Part shown: one piece after another, positions 13,001 to 26,248 of the stretch
How positions within the stretch are numbered: the stretch's first letter is position 1
How the letters are laid out: every line of letters starts with the position of its first letter
From: Balanoglossus misakiensis
Taxonomy: Eukaryota; Animalia; Hemichordata
Direction of reading: 5' to 3'
Length of the DNA: 64,000 nt
NCBI GenBank assembly: GCA_040954595.2
Contig: CM082582.2
Span: forward strand, 9,291,483 to 9,355,482
The notes under the pieces: model-generated
What the model saw: the letters and a program-made list of their open reading frames with translations, nothing else
The model's database searches: none
Told to the model about the DNA's origin: nothing
Translations under genes and position numbers: made by a program

Positions 13001-14631
13001 CATCAGACCGATACATGTCAGTAAAATCACAGACAAGAGGGATAAAACCCGGATGTGAGTCCATCTTGGTGTGGTCGGTGAAAATGACAACTGGAAGAAG
13101 AAATGTATTGTCGATGTGATGATGTGTCTTGTCTATTCCGAGGGAGGCAACTGATACATACGATGATTACACTACAAGCATTGCATGCCAGATTAGTAAA
13201 ATCATGACATTTTTGAGACGGATTACAAGCTACTCGTATACTTCAGAATCTACTTGCAATTATTATTTCTCTGTACTTACGTATTCAAATCTGTCTTTAC
13301 TCATTTGTGTCAGGAGATGGAGAAATCCCAGGATGGAGAACCACGTCGACCACAGGAATATTTCACCCATGGACTGCACATTCATGACACCAAAGACGAA
13401 TATGAACTTGTGGAATAGAAAGTTCCAAAACTTGTCCTTCAGGTGCTGTGAGAGAGAAACATAAAATTAAATGAATAACTAATCAGTGTCTGATAGTTCC
13501 TACAGATCAGAGCCCGAGGCAATCCAGATTATCAAGAACTGCCATACAGTCCTTTGTGTATATTCTGTTTGTAGAGCACAGAATCCGGGACAGAATCCTA
13601 ACTCTAGGAACAATACATGTACCAATGTTGATACTGGAAGTGTTGAATTCTCTTACCTGTTGTTCACTGACTCTTAGCTCTCCAAACACTAGATACTGAA
13701 CAACTTTGCCTAGTAGTAACAGACAACAGTAGCCCATATTGATGATTGACTGAAATAAAAAAAAATATGTCGTTACAAATAATCATACATTTAGATTACA
13801 GACTTGCCTCTGGGTGCAAAAAAATGAGATATCGAGAATAGATGACCTTGTTGTTGTACACATGCAGGTGGTTTCATAATCTGAGAGTATGCAGGTCACA
13901 TACGCGTTGTGGTCACCAAATATGACAAGACCATCACCTGCTACCATCACCTGATTTCTGATACTTGTGTGCTGTACAGTGTTCCCTTGTTCTTGGGATC
14001 AACTAAAATGAAGATGTGGTGTATGTTCTTTGCCCAACGCTACTTGACTTACCCAAACACACCAAGCCTCTTGCAACATGATGTCTACCATATCCTCCAG
14101 GTGGGTTTTGTTCTGCATGTCGATTTCTCCCTCGCCTCCTCCAACATCACTATGATAAATCTGGTTCTCTTCCACTACCTCGGCCCCGCCCCCTAGGAGT
14201 TCCTCCTCCCCATCTACTTCATCCGGTATCTCCCCTTCGACTTCGACTGACGGTTCGATATCATCGATGGCTTCGTCGTGATATTCTTTCTCTACTGATT
14301 GAATGAGCTCTTCTGTCCTCAGTAACAATTCATCCAGGATAAACGCAAAGTGAGTCCCATTTCTCTGACTCCCAGAGAGGATTAGATCTTGAGTCTCTAT
14401 CGATTCACCTGCACCTTCGTCAAGTTCGACGGGTACCCCATTATCGGTAAGCGATTCCGCCCGCCTCTCCGCCTCCTGGGCAGAGATGATGTCGTTCAAA
14501 ACTTGGTTTAGTTTGATTTCTAACGTTACCTGATGGGCATACCACAGTGATAGACACACCATGAACACACTGATGACGGTGTAAGTCCGTAGGCTTGGAA
14601 GGGGTATGCGGTTGAGAAACAAGACAGGCAT
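10055..14631 (-). CDS. AMFR: E3 ubiquitin ligase AMFR/gp78 (ERAD); ~14 coding exons
   Basis: N-terminus [18 protein letters not shown]; transmembrane region [20 protein letters not shown]; RING-H2 [41 protein letters not shown]; [19 protein letters not shown]; [37 protein letters not shown]; G2[28 protein letters not shown]; [17 protein letters not shown]; stop at 10057-10055. Confidence 0.96.
10344..10362. repeat. (TG)n microsatellite in the last AMFR intron
   Basis: About 9 TG units. Confidence 0.85.
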
Positions 14632-15438
14632 CTTTGGGAGCGGGTGATGTCGCGGTTTGGGTTTATGTACACGTAATCTTAAAACGCGTGCTGATACAGG
14701 TGACGCATACAGTTACACAGAAGTGGAATTGCCCTGTACACGGATTTCGATGACGATCTGGATACACACGATAGCCTAGCAGATTCTGGCTCTCAGCACT
14801 GGCGACGAGGAATCCAAACACAAGGAAATTGAAGTTTCACGTCAAGCTTAACTTTTACAATGCAGTGGCACTACAAATGTCTACATTACCGGGATTCTGG
14901 TCGAAACACAGACTCGAATAGCTGAAACGAAACAATGTTTACACATCCTCGTCTCAGTGAGAGAGAGGTAATGGGAGGCAGCAGATCTATTTTTAGACTA
15001 TCATATACCGCCGCGATTAAAATGTAGTACCTGAAATAATTAGAGTAAATATAATAGTTTGCTGTTTATTTGAAGATCGAAAATAAGACAAATATAAAAC
15101 ATTATCATAGCAAACACTATAGACAGAGAAGGTACGCCTTAAGTCCCAGAATACCAGAACACCTATTTTCATCTTAATGCGCACGAATATATAAATATGT
15201 GCTAAAGTCCACATTCATGATATCTGTGTTCTCGTGAGAGTTTCCGGGATTCAATATGGCCGCGCCCATGTGAAATGTACGAAAGAGTCTCGATGTTTTA
15301 CGTTTCAAGTGTTTTATTGACACAACAGATTTCAAAATTAGGCCCCCGATAACCTTCATCACAGCCATCTTGTTCACTCGACAGGTGGGTCGAGCGTTGA
15401 CGCGCTTGCACGAGACTGGGCATTGTTTATCGACCGGA

Positions 15439-18400
15439 ATGGCCGCATCAACGACGACGCAGAACACAGCAGACGCTTTTTTCGCACGTGTTAACCCGAC
15501 CACTGGTGTCACGGAGTGGACCATGCAAGACCAAGAATACGACTACCACCAAGAAGTGGCAAGATCAGCCTACGCTGATATGCTACACGATGATGAACGG
15601 GTATGTAGTTTTTAAAAAAACCTGCAAGCGTTATACTCTCAAAACCCCATCCCAACCACGTGTGCACGGTCGAGTGGGCGTGGCTTAGTTTACGCACAAT
15701 ATCAGTAAATTCATGGGTGAATATAGATCTACAGTTGAAAGATCCTGGTTTTCAAAAAAAGTAATCATCAGAATATTCAACTTTTCAGAATAAGAAATAC
15801 TACGCAGGAATACGGGAGGCTGTAAAAATCATCCATGGGAGAGGACTCAAGGCTCATGTACTTGACATTGGGACTGGCACTGGTCTGCTGTCAATGATGG
15901 CAGCTGAAGCAGGTGCTGAAATGGTCACAGCTTGTGAGGTGTGTGGCATGCAGCTTTTGACAATAGGCCAAATTTCATGACTCCTGTGCAGGGTACCATT
16001 AAAGAAAAGAAAGACAGCATTATACATGTTCAATGTAAACACTGGTAGTTATTTGTTCAAAAGAAGATTCTTAACTTTTGATGTATTTTGTATTTTCCGT
16101 GATTTTCTGCAACAGGCTTTCCATCCGATGGCTCAGACAGCCAGAGTAATAATCAAGAAAAATGGATTTGCTGATAAAATCACTGTAGTCGATAAAAGAT
16201 CAACTGAGATTACAGTTGGGCCAGGTATGAACAACAATAAATAAAAGTACAAATCACCGTATAATTTTCCCAGCTTTTCTACCACCTATGAATGTTACAA
16301 GTGCCTGCAAAAAGCAAAGAGATTGTGTATGTACTTGGTTATGCAGTTTTGTCTGATTATTCACAGACGGTGACATGCCATGCAAGGCCAACATTTTGGC
16401 TACTGAGGTCTTTGACACTGAGCTGATTGGAGAAGGTGCAATCCCAACATACAAACACGCCTTGGATCACCTACTGGAGGTATGCCATTGTTCGTACAGA
16501 ACAAGGAATTACAAGAGATACATATCCAAGAAGATTCCGAGTCTCTAAAGAACCAGAAAATGTGATATAATCAAGTTCACAAATTTCCTCATTTCGACCA
16601 AACTCTCTTTGATTTTCAGGACGACTGCATAACAGTACCCCACTCAGCCACAGTCATTGCACAGGCCGTGGAGTCTGACAAACTATGGAAATGGCACAAA
16701 CTGCAACCAATCAGGCTACCCTCAGGTGATGACATCACACCCCCTGCGGACATGCTATCCTGCCCCGGCCCACCGTCAGCGCACGATTTCCACCTGGATG
16801 AAATATCTCATGACCAATTCCAACCAATCACGGGTCCCGTTGAAATACTCTCATTTCCCTTCACCAAAAACATGATTAGACTGTCTGGAAATAACACAGT
16901 GGAGGTGAAATCTCTCAGCACGGGTCAATCTCAGGTTATTTTGATGTGGTGGACACTCAACATGGATACACAGGGTAAAATTCTGCTGAGCACAGAGCCA
17001 CACTGGGCTGCACAGAAGCATTACACAGGAGTTCAGTGGCGCGATCACTGGATACAAGCAGCCTACTACCTACCTCAAGAAGTTAGTGTACAGAAAGGTA
17101 ACTTCTGATACGCCTTTGACATGTTTGATATTTAACAATGTTAAATATCTTGTCTCTTTTTACTTCTATCATACGGCCATATATGACAAGAATCTCTATT
17201 TTGTACTAGGCATGTTTACAATATCCTACCATTTGAGTTTGACATCCAATTAATAGCTGTGATCTTTTCTCATCAGATGATGTTGTAAGGCTGACAGCTT
17301 ACCATGACGAGTACAGTCTTTGGTTCGATTTGAAAAATTCCAGCGACTCTAGTGCCATCAGTGGAGACCGACCCGACTGCAAATCACTTGCCTGTATTGT
17401 CTGCAGCAGACAGAGAATTGCCATGCTCAATGATAAACTGAGACATGAAAAATACACATCGGCACTGAGACAGGTAGGGATGTCAAAACCGATCGGAGTG
17501 TTTCTCACTTTTTGTTCTCATGTGTGGCTCCTGATCCACGAACTTGTAGACTTAGATGATGGTGTTGAGAGACCACTTCTCCATCACTTATGAATCATTT
17601 CTAACATTGTTGTTTCCCTTCCACACTGCAGGTATTGAAGAAGGACTCTATCGTATTATCAGTGAGTGACTGCACCTTACTGCCATTGATGGCTGCCAGA
17701 CTGGGAGCCAAAAAGGTAAGTCTCAGAAAAAAAAACTTCCTTGTGTCATTACTTGCTGTCCTTTCCAGCCTCAAAACTTTGGAGGGAGCACTGATCATAG
17801 TACATCGTATTATTTACCCGCTGTATCTATTATATTGTAAACTCATCTTCTTAACCACACCAGGTTTACACGCTGGAAAATGGATTTAAGGCCAAAAGTA
17901 TGATTGATCAAATGCTAATAGAAAACAACCTCCAGGATAGAGTCAAGGTCATTGCAAAGAGAGCTGGAGAAGTGACAGCTGAAGATTTAGACAACCACAA
18001 GGTAACACAAATGTTCATTCAGAGGTGATGAAAGATACTTAAAATGTAGACATTGTTGGGTTTTGATGGCTGCATATTAAATCAGACATAAAGCCATGTA
18101 TTTTTCTTTTTTCACAGGTTGATGTCCTCATCGGCGAACCCTACTTCATGAACGCAATCTTACCATGGCACAATCTATACTTCTGGTACGCTTCAAGGAA
18201 GCTGTCTGACTTTCTAAATCCGGAAGGCATAGTGTTGCCGGGCAAAGCCACACTCAGGGCCGTAGCTGTTGAGTTTGATCATCTGTGGAAGATCAGAGCA
18301 CCTGTTGGAAAACTGGAAGGTTTTGATGTTACGCCTTTTGATGACTTGGTTCAGGTGAGGTTCAGTGTGTCAGATAACTGTTTCGCTGTATTAACAACAG

Positions 18401-19019
18401 TAACTCAACAGATTTTTCATCATTAACTCTGTATCTTACTATATCAGAAATCCATGAATTATAGTGACACAGGAGCAGAGGCACAACCACTGTGGGAATA
18501 TCCATCGAGACCTTTGACCCAGGTCTTTGACCTATTGGCCTTTGACTTTACCAAACCCATAGTGAAAGAGGACATGTCTGTCACTGGTATTGTTGACTTC
18601 AAAAGGTGAGCAGCACTTGCTTATTGGAGCTCTGTTTGCTATCAATTGTTTTAAAAATATTTGTCCAAGGACAGATGTTTGATTCAGTTTTGACATAAGT
18701 AGAGATATTGAGTTATTGGTGGAAATGCAACTAATATTCAATAACTTTTCTTTTTGGTTTAAGCGCTGGTACTTGTCATGGAGTTGTGTTGTGGATGGAA
18801 TATACCTTGCACGGGAACACAACAGTCTCAACTGGGCTCCTCAAGCCAATAGAGAATTTCCAAGACAAACTGACCTTTGACCCACACACCCAACAAGGGG
18901 TGTACTTCCTGCCTGACAACCAAAAGATTGACCCTGAGACGCAGCAGAGACAAGTAGATTACAAAGTGAACTTTGACCCCAGTGGTGGCGACCTCATGCT
19001 GAAGTTTAATGTCATCTGA
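15439..19019 (+). CDS. PRMT7: Protein arginine N-methyltransferase 7; ~11 coding exons (approx. 15439-15600, 15789-15938, 16116-16223, 16367-16479, 16620-17097, 17277-17472, 17632-17715, 17864-18000, 18118-18354, 18448-18605, 18763-19019)
   Basis: [14 protein letters not shown]...[24 protein letters not shown]; motif [17 protein letters not shown]; double-E loop [14 protein letters not shown]; [11 protein letters not shown]; HDEYSLWF; second degenerate PRMT module [19 protein letters not shown]...LWKIRAPVG. Confidence 0.96.
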
Positions 19020-19478
19020 AAATTTCTCTGGAAACTTTGATTCCACGAAATATAAATTTTTATGATGGGTAACTATCTCGTATATGATCTGTAGTGTACA
19101 CTTTTTAAATAGGAAATGAAGTTTTCTGTAATTGCTACACATTCATGCACATACTTAATGATCTGATTATTCATCGACGTCAAACATTTTATTACATATG
19201 ATGTAGCAAAATTGTATCTGTTAAGATCTTTTATCAGTTGACATGTGTAAGAACAAACTGAATCAATAAAAAGGAAAATGATAAATCCATGATAATATTG
19301 CACATTTCAGGTTTTCCTCAAATTCATCTACAGATCACTAGGAACGATTGCATCATCAACGACTACTCTAACACTGTGAATAAGTGCTTTCCCTGACAAA
19401 TTGCATTTACTCAGTATTTAGATTTCTAATTGACAATTTAATTAGCAACACAAAATCACGGAAATAGCCCCTACCGTT

Positions 19479-19570
19479 TTAACCCTTTCACCCCTATTTC
19501 CCCGAAAGTGGATCCTACCACATCATTGAAAACAGCAGAGTAGATCATATCATAGCGGTGGGAGGGTTAA
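19479..19570 (-). mobile_element. ~90 bp MITE copy 3 (reverse orientation, diverged) in the MVD 3' region
   Basis: TTAACCCTTTCACCCCTATTTCCC...GCGGTGGGAGGGTTAA, with TTAA on both sides and CCCT/AGGG termini. Confidence 0.7.
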
Positions 19571-19624
19571 CCAGAACTACTGCACAATTCTGTGTGCACT
19601 ATTCTACTGCGTTCCCCATCATCT

Positions 19625-22600
19625 TCAGAGTTGTTTCTTGGGCATGCCACCGTCATCCAACAAACTAGCACTTTTGTCCTCCACTACCTGAGCACCTGGT
19701 CCTACTCTGGTGGAGATGATGTATTTGATGGCTCCTGGGCTCGGTTCAAGAGAGATGGAAGTCTTCAGCTCCTGAAATTTGTTAAACGCAACCAACAAAG
19801 GAGAAGGATATTAAAAATAAAGTCTGGAATCATTGGATTGAGTGAATAAGAACAGACGAGATTTTTGTAGCTTTCACAACACTTATAGTATGTTGCATTT
19901 TAGCCATCTCACAACAATTTCAACATGTCAAAATACAACATTATGCACTTGCCTGTTTTAACTCTTTACTGAAATCTTCTTGAATGCCTCTAATATACAC
20001 ATCGCCGTTGTCAGTCTCCTTCGGAGGGAAGTAATGGCTGACAAGTGATAACACCTCTGGGATATTTTCTTCTAATACATACAGCACCGCATTTGGACCA
20101 GCATCAAATGTGTATGCAGCCTAAAACAAACCAGACGACGACAATGAAAGATAGCCAATAAAGGAATTAAAGGGGCATATGTTATGAACAGCTGACCTTT
20201 TGTTTTCTTGAACATTTTGGCATCTAGCCTAACCTACCACAGAAAAGCGAACACTTTGAACAAAGTCACACTTACTGATATTTTCCCTTTGTGGTCATTG
20301 TATTCATGTATCAGCCTGATAATCTTCCTGGATGTGTCATTCATGTACGAGATTGGTGGATATGTGTCTAGGCACACAGCGTGCATCTGGTTGCTATCCT
20401 GGAACAGAAGCATAGATTGGAAAACTTGATTACACATGAAGTAAAAACATGTTTTGACAGAAAGTTTAGTGCATCCCATATGGCAGAAATTCTTTTCAAA
20501 TTTACTTTACCTTCATGGTGAGTTCACCAAATGTTGCATAGTCGCGCTCTTTGATAGCTTGCATGATTTCTCTCATTCTCTGTGGCACCTCATGTTCAAC
20601 TCGGTGGTTGAGAAACTCGCTTGTCTTGACACTGCTTTGCATTCCTGCAGTGGATCCTGTATGCTTTTTCTGGTCACTAACCTGAAGAGAAATAAATACA
20701 ATGAATATGTCTGCATGGGAATATGTTGTTTTAATCCTTGTACTGGTCAGATACCACAAACATCCAAAGTCCTTCAAGACAGTTTCGATTTTCAAAGCAC
20801 CAATCATCTTTGCTTACTCACCACTAAGACAAGTATTCTCATCCCAGGCCAATGTTTTTCATCGACCACGACATGAGCTCTGCTGTCTGTTCCATCAGCT
20901 CTCCTTCCAGACACCCACTGAACAAACCCACCATGTATACTGCGACAAGCACTGCCAGAACCTTGCCGAGCAATGTCTGTGATGTCACCTTGGATATTGT
21001 ACAACTTGGCTAGAGAGTAAACTGTCGGCAGATAAATAGAGTTCGTTAGTTGGGGCTATGTCCAGGTTATCAGAGTCTAAAATCTTGATCTGATCATCAT
21101 TGCCTTGAACACTGACTATAATCTAAGACTTGAGATGGTTATTTGGTGTACTTGAACATAATGTATAATATCAAAGTGGCTTTGATTGGAATCTTGTTTT
21201 ATCACAATAGCAAATCACAATTCATTCACTGATAATGACAGTAAGTGTTTTTCAGTAAGACATATGTAACTCACCAAGGCATGCATAGCCAGAGGCTGAT
21301 GATGCTAACCCTGCAGCAGTTGGGAAATTATTCATTGAACAGATATGGATGCGCCAATTCAGTGATCCTGATTTCACATCTTCATTTCCTTTTCTTTTTC
21401 GGGCACGTCTCTTGACTTGTGGGGAAAAATAAGAGAAATTGCTTTGGATATTAGCCTGTTAATATCCAGTAAGACAAAAAGTTATCTTATGAAAAAATTC
21501 CTTAGCTTTTGATTGTGTGATAATATTCACTCAATTTCATTCTTACAACTTTTCTCGATTTTCTGCTTCTTTGAAATGATAGAAACATTTGGGTACTTAC
21601 TTTCTTTTAAACAATTTTGAAGTCTTGGATTCTCGATTGATTCCTCTCTGAAGCATAACAGACACACAATATGTAAGTGAATGTGTATATAAAATAAAAT
21701 TGATGTTTTGTTATGACCGATTGATGGATACAATACTAATAACAGACAGGAGAATTGTCCGCAAGATACCAGAGCTTGTCGCAAAACATGTCCACTCTTG
21801 CTTGGATTTTTGTCAGTGAATGAAAAGCCGGTTATGCAGTGTAACATAAGCACACACTCGCTCGCCATCTCTAATCTCACTCCCTCTGTTCATAAAAGTC
21901 ATGCCGATTATCATTTCAATGAGGAAAAAGGCATAACTCAAGTATTATACAGTAAGGCAAACCAATTTACATTTATAACAAGCATACTGTTAACTCACTT
22001 TCCATTCAGCCATATCCTATCTTTCTCAAAACTGGGACTGATTGCAACTGTGGTGGTTGATTTCAAGTGTTCTTGATCCAAAGTAGCACTCAGTGAATCA
22101 TTGGTTGGAAGGATCAGTTCTTCATTTCTCTTACCCCCTGAAATAATTAAGTACGAAAATGTGATAGAACTCATACATGTATATATGGTTTGGGACCAGT
22201 GTTATTGTTATGCAAATCGAGGTCGGGTCAACGTACTTTGCAAGAGATATGCCTGGATTGATTTCGATTCGTTATCTTATATGTAATGGTTATTACGATT
22301 TTTGCCAGAGAAGTTAATTTTTTTTCTATCGCGCATACGGCATGTATATATTGTGTATATTGTGGAAGCATGAAAATACTATACAAGTACTGAACCAAAC
22401 CCGTCGGTCCTGTAAAACCACAAAATGAACAGACGACAAAATGCAACTAGGTGAGATTGATGGTCGCATTACAGAGTCGAAATGAAATGACTCCTCTGTT
22501 GCGAATTAAATTCCCACAAAATGTAAATCGCTGTAACGCCTGTTTTAGTACTTACAGTATTTTATCACAGCGATGTTTACCGGTGCCGTACAAGTGACAC

Positions 22601-22658
22601 TACGAATCGTCTCGCCAACGCGACCAGCAGTCGCCGCTCCCTTCCCTTCGTCAGCCAT
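19625..22658 (-). CDS. MVD: Diphosphomevalonate decarboxylase; ~9 coding exons, last intron GC-AG
   Basis: [34 protein letters not shown]; GHMP motif [19 protein letters not shown]; [20 protein letters not shown]; [12 protein letters not shown]; [16 protein letters not shown]; [11 protein letters not shown]; [12 protein letters not shown]; stop at 19627-19625. Confidence 0.97.
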
Positions 22659-22777
22659 GTTTATCTCAAGTGGCGCGATGAAAGGTCGCTGCTGATTGGA
22701 TACTTCCAAACTTTGAACCAATCAGTGGGCTTCTTCAAATAAACTGTGACCCGAGATGACCTGATGTAATAAACAAG
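22659..22777. promoter_or_regulatory. 119 bp bidirectional promoter between the MVD and METTL17 start codons
   Basis: ATGs at 22658 (-) and 22778 (+). Two oppositely oriented CCAAT boxes (CTGATTGG ~22692, CCAATCAG ~22718), SRE/E2F-like GTGGCGCGAT (22670-22679), and YY1-like CAAGATGGC overlapping the METTL17 ATG. Confidence 0.7.
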
Positions 22778-23087
22778 ATGGCAGCCTGCATGATAGGAAG
22801 CATGGCTTCGTTGAGAATGCCATCGCCCGTAAGATATTGCAGAAGATGCTGTATTGTTTTGAAACACCAGGCAAAGATTGAGATCATATGCACCACAAGG
22901 GTATATATACTATAGTTAGTTTACAAAAGAACTTTGTCGATCGTTCGTTTATCACACTCGATGAACTAAATCCTGTTGAGTGTTGTAACCATGGTTGCAG
23001 TTGTACACTACTTTAGTTGTTTTCAGATTCCTGTTCTATGACAGTAATTACTGACTGCACGAGGATAATTAAAATTGTAATGCTGTT

Positions 23088-23128
<41 letters not shown>

Positions 23129-26100
23129 TATCATCATCATCATCATCATCATCATCACCATGACAACAAAGTTAATGGACCATCCAGTAAGAAATGCACT
23201 TTTAATCACCATACAGACTATGTCAACAATTGTCAAGAATAAGACCAGGATGGACGACTCATTAGAGGAATTTCTGAAGACTTCTCCACACCGCAAACAC
23301 CCTGGTATTGTAAGACCGAAGACCGTCATTTTACCAGTGAAACTTCAAAGTAGCATAAAATCAGTGTTCAAAGGTAATGTAAGTTTTAACAAATGTCCAA
23401 TCCTGTTTTGAGCCCCCCTCTTGTATTTCCCCAATCTTTGAAAGAAATAAATAATAAGATTAAACCAAAACACATGGGGTTAAAAGCAAACAAAATCAGG
23501 AAGAACTATGATTATAGTCTTATTTTCATCATCATCTTATTTTTACAGAATTTTCTGGCAGAGAGTTGGCAGAGAAATCGAGAGCACTCAGCAACTATTT
23601 GTGGAGCAGAAAAAGACCAGCAGAAGACGGTGACATCAGAAGAGTTGCCATGGAAATGGCCAAGCAATTAGGAGTTGAAGGTGATGATTGTAATCACTTG
23701 TCCTTTGATGAGATTCTCGAAACATGTTAGTGTACAGTGTGTTCATGAAAACAGTACACTCTGATCCAAACCACTAAACATCACACCATGATAACTTTTC
23801 CCTTTATGAAAATAACCATGCTCTTATTATGTCAAATACAGATGAATCCACAGAGGACAGCGGTACACGATCAGTGAAGGAAAACCGGGAAATTAAAAAG
23901 AAACGGAAAAAAGTTGCTCAAGAACTCCGGAAAAAGCTGTACCACTGGAAAGCAATACAGTGAGTAAACATTTAGTTTTCATCCTGGTTGTGAATCGGTA
24001 CCCCGAATAAATTCATTAAGGCAATGATGAAGAACATAACTATTGATCAGTTTAGCCGCATTATAATGTGGTTGACTTCCCTTTCAGATACTCCAAAGAA
24101 CTGAGTTTGATCTACACAGCCACTAGAATGGCCGCAAATTACAGTGCAATATACAGAATATTTCATGAGGTGAGAGGTCATCACTGACAAAAAATGAAGA
24201 GTCAACAAGTGGAGCGAAATAATTAAACCAAACATTTGTATAGTATTGTATAAAACGTCGTTCTACATACTTTTGATGTTGAGAGTTTCATGTCCGTATT
24301 TACCTATATCACAATCCTCACAAAATGACTACCTGACCTTTTATCGTTGCCCTAGATACAAAAACGAGTGCCAGATTTCAAGCCAAAACTCCTCCTGGAC
24401 TTCGGATCAGGTGTTGGTACCACAGTATGGTAAGAACTTCCCCTTCAAAGGAGAAATCAGAAAAACTTCCACCATGAACCCATCTTCTGATCTTGATATG
24501 ACAAATAAGAGGAGTACTACTTTATGACTAATTTTCTTCATCAACCACAACTGTATGTCGTAATTTTTTTGCTGCAGGGCTGCCAACAGTATATGGCAGG
24601 ATTCCTTACATGAGGTAATGTGCGTTGACGTATCGGCCGACATGAATGACTTGGCAAAGTTACTTCTGAAAGGTGGCACAGAACATGCTGAGATGATGGT
24701 CAAAGGGGTCTTCTTCAGGCAGTTTTTGCCGATTTCACCGATGGTAAGTATCAAGACTGTCAATATGTCTTGGTTTGCTTTAGACACGACTATCCTTCTT
24801 GTGTGTATTGATTCAAAATTGCCCATTTTCCCCAACAGAATAAATTTGACATAACTGTATCTGCATTTACACTAATGGAGCTGTCGTCACTCCAAGAGAG
24901 AATAAACTCAATACAAACCTTGTGGCGGAAGACGGAACATTTTCTTGTGATTGTCGAAAATGGCACGAACGAAGGTTACCAGATCATCCTCGAAGCCAGG
25001 GACTTGATTCTCCACGGAGAGAAATTCTTGAAAAGACGGAAACAGAAACCAATGGAGGCGCCGGAATCTCCGGAATCAACAGAAGAGACTTCATCATCCA
25101 TTGAGGAACAACAGCAAAATCTTAGTGGTGTAGAAAAGACTTTGATGGAAAGTTATCAGGATAGTAAATTGCCAGTTGGCCACGTGTTTTCACCGGTGAG
25201 TAAATACAGCAAATGTCCGTTTCATGAGAATTATATTTATACCAAAATCTAATGGTATCAATGGTATTCTTGTAATGGAAGGTGTTCACTGGAAATATAC
25301 TCATTTACTTGTAACAATTGTGCACTCATACAACTATGCATTTCTTTCTTTGCCAGTGTTCACACCATTTGCAATGTCCCAGGTTAGAAGATGGTACACA
25401 CACACCGTGTAACTTTGAACAGGAATACGAGGGACACAGTGTGGTAACAGTAAGTGACTTTGTTCATTCATTCATTCCACAAAACTGTTTACTGGAAGAA
25501 ATAAAATGAAGGTTTACATTCTCACTTTACCGTTTAATTGCAGAAATCAACAAGTCAAGAGAAAACAAGATTTTCATATATAGTATTCCGAAAAGGAAGG
25601 AAAAGGGAAGGTATGTTGCTTGTTTGCATAATTCTTAACTGCAAAATCTGTTGATTGATAATGTATCATATTTGGCACTTTGTAAGGTTAGTATTTTTAT
25701 TTAATCAGCATTTACTGCTTCATTGTCATTTTACAGATCTCAAAGACTCTGATTGGCCGAGAGTAGTACGTCCAGTGGTGCGGAAATCTAACCACGTCCA
25801 TTGCCATCTCTGCTGTGCCAATGGTCAGTTGCAACACGCAGTGGTCACAGCCAGCAAACACGGAAAGTGAGTGCGATTTCCTAACATCAAACTTGTTTCA
25901 CCATAGTACATCAAGTATCTTGGTGTCGTATCTAAACATAGCGCCCTCTTCAGGTAAAATATAGAAACGACGTGTGCCAGTCAAACTTTCTCTGATCAAA
26001 ACATTCCTGACAGATAAGCAAGTGTCATTTCTGGTTTGCAATCTGACGTACCTGAGTTTTAAGCAATCTTTGCCTTTCTCCATTTTTGCAGAGACTTGTT

Positions 26101-26248
26101 CTACTGTGCCAGATATGCCCGATGGGGAGATCAGCTGCCGGCATACACTCCAGAAGACACGGATGATGATCACACCACTCCCGGTGACACGCGAATTGAC
26201 ACACAGGATAGCTATGAGAATGACAGTAATGGTGGCAGATCCTTTTGA
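22778..26248 (+). CDS. METTL17: Mitochondrial small-subunit assembly factor METTL17 (Rsm22 family); ~12 coding exons
   Basis: Arg-rich N-terminus; PHRKHPGI; [11 protein letters not shown]; YHWKAIQY; [15 protein letters not shown]; [10 protein letters not shown]; [28 protein letters not shown]; [13 protein letters not shown]...PCNF; WPRVVRPV...[11 protein letters not shown]; [11 protein letters not shown]; stop at 26246-26248. Confidence 0.93.
23088..23157. repeat. (ATC)n microsatellite in METTL17 intron 1
   Basis: About 23 ATC units with one interruption. Confidence 0.95.

Noticed and set aside
15370-15438. In-frame upstream extension of PRMT7 ([13 protein letters not shown]...) resembling a mitochondrial presequence
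   Set aside because: It starts at TTG with no ATG and overlaps a YY1-like promoter motif; most likely 5' UTR.
23069-23329. Poly-Met ORF on the minus strand
   Set aside because: Translation artefact of the intronic (ATC)n microsatellite, antisense to METTL17.
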